Part shown: piece after piece, positions 57,937 to 64,000 of the stretch | Layout of the letters: every line of letters begins with the position of its first letter | Numbering within the stretch: position 1 is the first letter of the stretch | Assembly (NCBI GenBank): GCA_001662655.1 | Contig: KV460264.1 | Direction: 5' to 3' (one strand) | DNA: 64,000 bases | Source of the DNA: Pseudogymnoascus verrucosus | Lineage: Eukaryota | Notes under the pieces: model-generated | What the model was told of the DNA's origin: nothing | What the model saw: only the letters and a program-made list of their open reading frames with translations | Databases searched by the model: none | Translations under genes and position numbers: made by a program

Positions 57937-59002
57937 TTACGTCCTCATCCTTGTGGATATACTTGAGCCTACAATCAGATATTTCATCCTGTTTATGTCA
58001 GTCTGGTTAAAACGGAGAGCTGGAAGTGTAAATAAGAAGGAAAACGTTCATTATTAGAAATGGCGGGCGTGCTGGTATGTTTATTTGCGCGTTTAATCCC
58101 GCGGTAGATACGGCCAACCAGGTGCCCGAGCGAATGTACATACTTGAAGAAGATGCAAAAGTGCGAGAGTTCTTTCTAGTAGTGATCTGTTCGGTCGCCC
58201 CGGTATATGGGGTTTAAGGGGAGGTATTCAGTCAAGCGCAGACACGACGTCAAGATGGCGGAATTAAGCTTTCGGCACTTGAGATACAGGAAACTAAATC
58301 CAGCAGCTTCAATGATATCATTATATATTGAGATCGCATCCGCATAAAGTGCGGCCTAGACCATCCATCACGCGTCATATTGTAAAGGCTGGAATTGTGA
58401 ATACCAGATCCTACCCTGATGATGGAGTCGTCGCTCACTTCGGCCCAACGTTGCCCCTGACGCCCCAAACCCATTTCAAAACGGGGAGCTAACTGCCGTT
58501 GCCTCCCATATTTATAAAATCTCCGGCTCCCCATAGTTTTGATCCGGCTCTACAAGATTTGGGCTTATTTGTGCCTATCAATTTAGCCGTAGGCGTTCCT
58601 AGGTTATTATACTATATACCCTGGCGGGGAAGGTCTCCAATGGCGGCGGCCGCTGCATATGAAACTTTGACAATTTACCGCCTTGGCAAGATCGATGGAA
58701 GAATACAGTTCAACCACATGATCTTCCCCGGACTCTTCCAAGTCTCACTTACGGTCTGGAAGGCAAATATTGGTGAGCGCCCAACGATCCCGCCGTCCCG
58801 CTGGCTGGACACGAGGGCCGGCGTATATATTGCACTCTCAATGGGGGTAAGTTTAATATATGGCGGCCTTGTGATGAGACATTGCCAGCACAGATCTTCT
58901 TTATATCCCTCCATATAATGAAGATCGTTCGCCTGTCTGGTTGACAGGATCTGCGAGGTTTATATTTTCAAGTTTATCGTTCTATACTCTATATCTGCCA
59001 GG

Positions 59003-60253
59003 ATGAGATCTGCAATCCTTCCCATTGTCGCGGCTATTCTAGCCCAGCAAGTCGCTGGACACGCTACGTTCCAGGACCTCTGGGTCAACGGTGTCGATCA
59101 GATATGTAGCCCCACCCAGATCCTTCATGGAGTTGACTAACTCGGTGCTTACCAGTCCACTTGTGTCCGCCTGCCATTGACAAATAACCCAGTCACTGAT
59201 GTAACGAGCAATGATATGCGCTGCAATGGCCGTTCCGGCGTGTCTGGCAAGTGCTCTGTCGTAGCAGGTCAGACCGTGACGGTTGAGATGCACCAGGTAT
59301 GGTCTCAATTCTTGTGATGCTATGCAGTGATAGAACGGGTTGCTGACGAGATCTGGTTTTCTAGCAAAATGGAGATCGATCATGTGGTACTGAAGCCATC
59401 GGAGGTGCTCATTGGGGACCAGTCAACGTGTATATGTCCAAGGTCGCCGATGCCTCGACAGCAGATGGATCGACAGGGTGGTTCAAGGTCCACGCAGATT
59501 CCTGGGCAAAGGTAAGATAATTGAGTATCCGTCGCGGGATATTCTCATGCTAATGATTATCCAGAACCCCGCCGGTAACAGCGCCGATGACGACTGGTGG
59601 GGCACCAGAGACTTGAACAACTGCTGTGGAAGGATGAATGTGAAGATCCCATCCGATATCGCTGCTGGAGACTACCTTCTCCGCGCTGAAGTCATCGCTC
59701 TTCACGTTGCTGGCTCCACCGGCGGTGCTCAGCTTTACATGAGCTGCTGTATGTCTCTTCCACCCCTCAACCCCATCTCCCCCTTACTAACCATATAACC
59801 TCCAGACCAACTCGTCGTCAGCGGCGGCGGTTCCGCCTCTCCCGCAACAGTCAACTTCCCCGGCGCTTACAAGGCCACCGATCCCGGAATCCTCATCAAC
59901 ATCCACGCAGCCATCAGCTCCTACGTCAACCCGGGCCCCGCAGTCTACGCTGGTGGAAGCAGCAAGGTTGCCGGCTCGAAGTGCTCTGCTGGTGGTGAAG
60001 CCGCGACGACGACAGGGCCGGCAGTTACCCAGACGGCGACTGGAACTCCCGGGGGTGGTGGTGGCAGCTGCAGTGTTGCGAAGTTCCAGCAGTGTGGTGG
60101 GCAGGATTATACGGGGTGTACTGTTTGTGCTGTAAGTTGCTCTCTCCTGTCTCGTTTTGGCCGATTTATGGAAACTCTGCTGACGATAACCTGAAATAGT
60201 CCGGCTCAACTTGCTCTCCCGTCTCCCCACCTTACTACTCGCAGTGTGTTTAA
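59003..60253 (+). CDS. AA9 LPMO with C-terminal CBM1
   Basis: Signal peptide then [46 protein letters not shown], linker, [20 protein letters not shown]. Confidence 0.95.
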
Positions 60254-60521
60254 ACACGGTCAATCTGGGACGCTGAAGACATTGATCATCGGAGGCTTGT
60301 TGGAGCTTCAAAAGACGAGGTATATCGGGGTGTATTTAGGTGATGGATTACATAGTCGCTCGAGTAGGAATACTGTTGGATAAAATAAGACATATCTTAC
60401 CAACCTAGGCTCATTTTTCTATGTAAACTCCCCTCTTCTTCGTTCCTCCTACGTTCCTTCCATGTATCTGTCAAGATGCACACTCCAAATAACGGGTGGT
60501 CCTCCTGTATCTAGAAATTGG

Positions 60522-60652
60522 AGGCTCTCGAGGAAGCTACAATGGAGGCAGGCTTGGTAATCGTTCCTTCCATATCTAAGACTTGAATGCTCCTGAGGAA
60601 GCTACGATCGAGGCATTGCTTGGTAATCGTTCTTTCCATATCTAGAACTTGA
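60522..60652. repeat. About 65-bp imperfect tandem duplication
   Basis: GAGGAAGCTAC.AT.GAGGCA..GCTTGGTAATCGTTC.TTCCATATCTA occurs twice. Confidence 0.8.
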
Positions 60653-61595
60653 AAGGAGACAGGATGGGAGTGTTGATCTTCTCCCCCCTCTCACCGTCAC
60701 TTTCGCCAGTGAGCAACACAGCAGCCATCTTCTTCACGCCGACAACTTTCCATCTCTGTCGTGCTCTCCAGGCCAAAGAAATGCTTTTTTTGGTTCCTCC
60801 CTTCCACAGCAGAGGGGTCCTTACAGGAAGCGCTCCATCCACCTCCGCCAAAACCAAGCTATATAAATAGCCCCTCCCCCCCCCTCCCCCTTCCCCACCC
60901 TCCCCGGTACCTACCGCCGCCCCACGTTGTCTCACACCTCTGAACCCTACTCCTTCCTACTTGTAGTACCGATCGACGGTTGTGAGACATGATCCGTGAT
61001 ACGCGAGGGAGCTGAGATCGAGATTTTTTAGATTTTTTTTCAGGGGCAGTGCGAGCGAGTGAGGGGGGTGCTATTTTGGAAGAGAGGTGTCGTGTTTGTG
61101 AGATGCTTGGGGGGTTGTACGGATGGATGGGGGTTGGCGGGGGGTTGGATTTATGGGAGTGGGTGTCACTTTTGGCTGCTTGTCGGTCATCGGCAGCCAG
61201 GGCAGCGAAAATAGTTCTTGGAGCTTGATACCACAGTATCAATATTTGTATTCCGTGACTATCTCGCTCGTCACACTCCATGCTCGCTCCCACCGCTCTG
61301 ATGCATCCCCCTCCCATCCCATTTCGAAAAAGTAAATTATCACCGTCGCAACCGACGGTGAAATATATACAGAATGGTATCTCCAACCAAATGCCACCAC
61401 CCCCCCCTATCTCATGTTAATACATTAAACAATACAAAAGCCCAACGCCATATGGATCATGCGCAAACAGCTCCGCCATAAATGCGCCCACCCTCTGTCT
61501 CTCCGCTCTACTGGTAATAAGAGAGCCCCCCGATATAGAACAAAAAACATCGCTTTGCCGTACCGTAAACGCCAGAATCAAAACGTATCTTCATA

Positions 61596-62744
61596 TCAAA
61601 TAGGATTATCCATCCCCACCCCCGACACCGCCGGCGACACCTCCGCGTCCCTCCTCGGGTGCCCGGGCGGAGTCAGCAGACCCCTCGGCGGCACGGCACG
61701 CGTGGGTGTCGCACGAGGCGGCGTCGCACGGGCATCGCGCAGCGCTTCGTTGCGCAGGTTCTCGGCTCTGGGCGGTGTACTCCTCAGTGGTCTCGGGGGT
61801 TCCGCTCGCTGTTCTGCCGCACTGGCGCCAGCTCGGAGGGTGCTCTTGCTTCCCGAGCTGCTGCCGCCTGCGCTGCCGAGGCCGCGCTTCATGAACTTGC
61901 CGAGGGTGCCCACGAGTTCGGCGGCGTCTTCGAACATCTCGTCGTCCATGCCTTCGGTTGCGTTGTAGACTTCTGCGATTGTGTTTTTGGCGAGGCGGCG
62001 GGAGCGGTCGGCGTCTTTGGCGCAGTCGTAGAGGAAGGCGGAGAATTCGGTTTTGACGCTGAGGCGGAGGGGGTGGGAGCCCCAGAGGAGCCGCTCGGCG
62101 AGGTCGTTGGCTTCCTGGAAGGCGGCCATGGCGGTAGGGATGTAGTCGCGGCTTTGGAGGAGGAAGTCTGCTGCGGAGCCGGATTGTCGCGCGTCTCGTT
62201 GGGCGTCGGGGTGTTGTACAGGTCCGCCTTCTAGTGGGTGTGAGGGCTGGACTGAGGACGAGCGAGATTCGGGGGGTGATGGAATGGTTGGTGTATGTGA
62301 TGTGCCTGGTATGGCGGGTGCCTTTCCCTTGTCCTGCTTCTGTCGTGGGGATAGTAGCCCTGGTGGGGTTGTGATCTGGCGCGGCCCGGCTGAATTGATT
62401 GACGGTTGGTTGTGGAAGAGGACAAAGATGTGGTAGAAGGAGGCACGCAGTTTGTAGGTCAGCACTTTGAGTTCCTCAAACGACGAGACCATGTGGAGGA
62501 CATATTGCTCCACGATGAGGAGGCCCTCACGGCTGAGCCATATGATGTGGAAGTACAGGTCCAGGCTCTTTGTCGCACGGGTTGGATCGAGCTTTCGCAA
62601 TTTGCGCGCGCGAACGAGCTGCTTGGCAAGGACGACGGAGAGGCCAAGTAGCTTGAAGAGCATGGACGACAGGAGCGGGTTATCTGAGGCGATGTTCTTT
62701 GCGAATTGCCCCAGGAACTTCTGATCTACCTCCGTGGAGGCCAT
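61596..62744 (-). CDS. Atypical fungal 14-3-3-domain protein
   Basis: LKVLTYKLRASFYHI, FQEANDLAERLLWGSHPLRLSVKTEFSAFLYD, LAKNTIAEV, FEDAAELVGTL align by eye to 14-3-3 helices. Intronless; start MASTEVDQK (62744) or 62849. Confidence 0.8.
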   Translation of the reverse strand: MASTEVDQKFLGQFAKNIASDNPLLSSMLFKLLGLSVVLAKQLVRARKLRKLDPTRATKSLDLYFHIIWLSREGLLIVEQYVLHMVSSFEELKVLTYKLRASFYHIFVLFHNQPSINSAGPRQITTPPGLLSPRQKQDKGKAPAIPGTSHTPTIPSPPESRSSSVQPSHPLEGGPVQHPDAQRDARQSGSAADFLLQSRDYIPTAMAAFQEANDLAERLLWGSHPLRLSVKTEFSAFLYDCAKDADRSRRLAKNTIAEVYNATEGMDDEMFEDAAELVGTLGKFMKRGLGSAGGSSSGSKSTLRAGASAAEQRAEPPRPLRSTPPRAENLRNEALRDARATPPRATPTRAVPPRGLLTPPGHPRRDAEVSPAVSGVGMDNPI

Positions 62745-63687
62745 GAAGTATGGAATTGAGAGAAAGAAGTCGGAGAGGGAGATCGGCGGCGACGGCGACG
62801 AGGAAAGGGGACTCTTATTCTCAGTGTCGGCGGTAGATTGAGGTGACATCGCAGGATGCGCGCGCTGGGACGTGACGCTACGCTGGTTTTATGGTAGGTG
62901 CAGCGGAGGTGGAGAAGCCAATTGAGGATATGCAGTAGTGATCCATGAACGACGAACGGGAAGGTGGCTGGACAAATCCAGGAATGGGGAGTCCCACAGA
63001 CGGACAGGCGGGAGTCAATTGAGGGTGGAATCGACGTTAATTGGGCCTCATAGGGCGTTTATTCAGGCATTTAGACGTGTACGAGCGTGTCAATCGTGTC
63101 AATCGTGGCAATTGCGTGGGGGATGACGGGGTCGACTGGGTATTCGGGATAAAGTTGGCAGGGCAAGGTCGTTCTTTCCCTGGTGTTGTCGTCTGTGTGG
63201 TGTTGTGTATGCGTGTATGTATTCGACACTTGCACTTGCCAACGCATCAACCGGCCTCCTCACAGACCCAGGGCGAACGAAGCCCTTGCTCTTTTTCTTC
63301 CCTTTTCTCCCCACTCTCCCAGGTTTGGCACGCACTTCACACGCACTTAGCCACCCACGGGTCGTAATAGCGGCAAGGTTAGGTTGCGCTATATGTGTGG
63401 ACTGGAGTAGTGGGAGTATGGGCTGGAGTGGTGGGAGTAGTACTGGGAGTAGCACTGTCCTGGCAGTAGTACTGTCTGTCCCTGGTAATGAACGGCTGAC
63501 TGATTGACGTTTGGACCTTGTAGAATAAGGACTAAGGGATAATAAATGGCGTGTTAGTTACCGTTTCCTTTCTCCTCAGATGCAGGAGAGCTGCACGGTG
63601 AAGGAGGAGGAGTGGCGGTGAAGCGGTGAAGATGGAATTGGACGTTTGAACGGGGACAAAGAGCAAAGATGCGCGATGGCCAACTAA

Positions 63688-63789
63688 AGCCAATCTAGCC
63701 AATCTAGCCAATCTAGCCAACCGAGGTTTCCCAGCAGGGGTCCTTGGGATCCGTTTAGGTCCGTTTGGGTCCGTTTGGATCCGTTTGGG
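63688..63789. repeat. Two adjacent short tandem arrays: (GCCAATCTA)x3 and (TCCGTTTRGR)x4
   Basis: Read directly at 63689-63720 and 63750-63789. Confidence 0.85.
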
Positions 63790-64000
63790 GTCAGTTCGGT
63801 GTCTTGGTTGTCTGGGGTGGCCTGCGCGCGGATCGGGACGTTATGGGCGCTAAGGAAACTCCGGGTTTCGGTTTCTGTCTCTTTTTTCGCCGGCCCGTGA
63901 GATTGATCCTTTTCTTCCTTTTCTCCTTGATAGTTCTTCCGGTGCGTGTGTGGTTTGTCTAGACTAGAGAACCAACCGATCCGCTTTTGATGTGTGTGTG

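Noticed and set aside
1..64000. Intact transposon, Starship captain recombinase or secondary-metabolite backbone gene
   Set aside because: No transposase, reverse transcriptase, tyrosine recombinase, PKS or NRPS motifs were recognised, and no convincing terminal repeats.

Overview
This is eukaryotic DNA from a filamentous ascomycete: short GT..AG introns with CTAAC/CTGAC branch points and an intron-containing tRNA. A Leotiomycete such as Pseudogymnoascus is my guess from sequence style only and is unverified. The core (about 18.1-42.3 kb) is a fungal N-acetylglucosamine catabolism and sensing cluster: GlcNAc-6-P deacetylase, an Ndt80/RON1-type transcription factor, a GH3+GNAT NGS1-type sensor with a degenerate active site, GlcN-6-P deaminase and a GlcNAc kinase-type hexokinase. 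A full-length PDR/ABCG efflux pump lies inside the cluster and two tRNA-Arg genes mark its left edge. The left arm carries an 807-aa orphan with an apparent MazF/PemK-like domain, a small Ser-rich protein, a repeat-containing orphan, a YicI-type GH31 alpha-xylosidase, TRAP-alpha/IRC22, an SRPK-like kinase pseudogene and an intronless alpha/beta hydrolase. The right arm carries a sugar porter, a DUF1295-like membrane protein, a CE16 acetylesterase, a 2EXR protein paired head-to-head with a nucleotidyltransferase-fold-like orphan, two AA9 LPMOs (one lacking the conserved second-sphere His) and an atypical 14-3-3-like protein. All calls come from reading motifs by eye with no database search, and exon boundaries were inferred manually.
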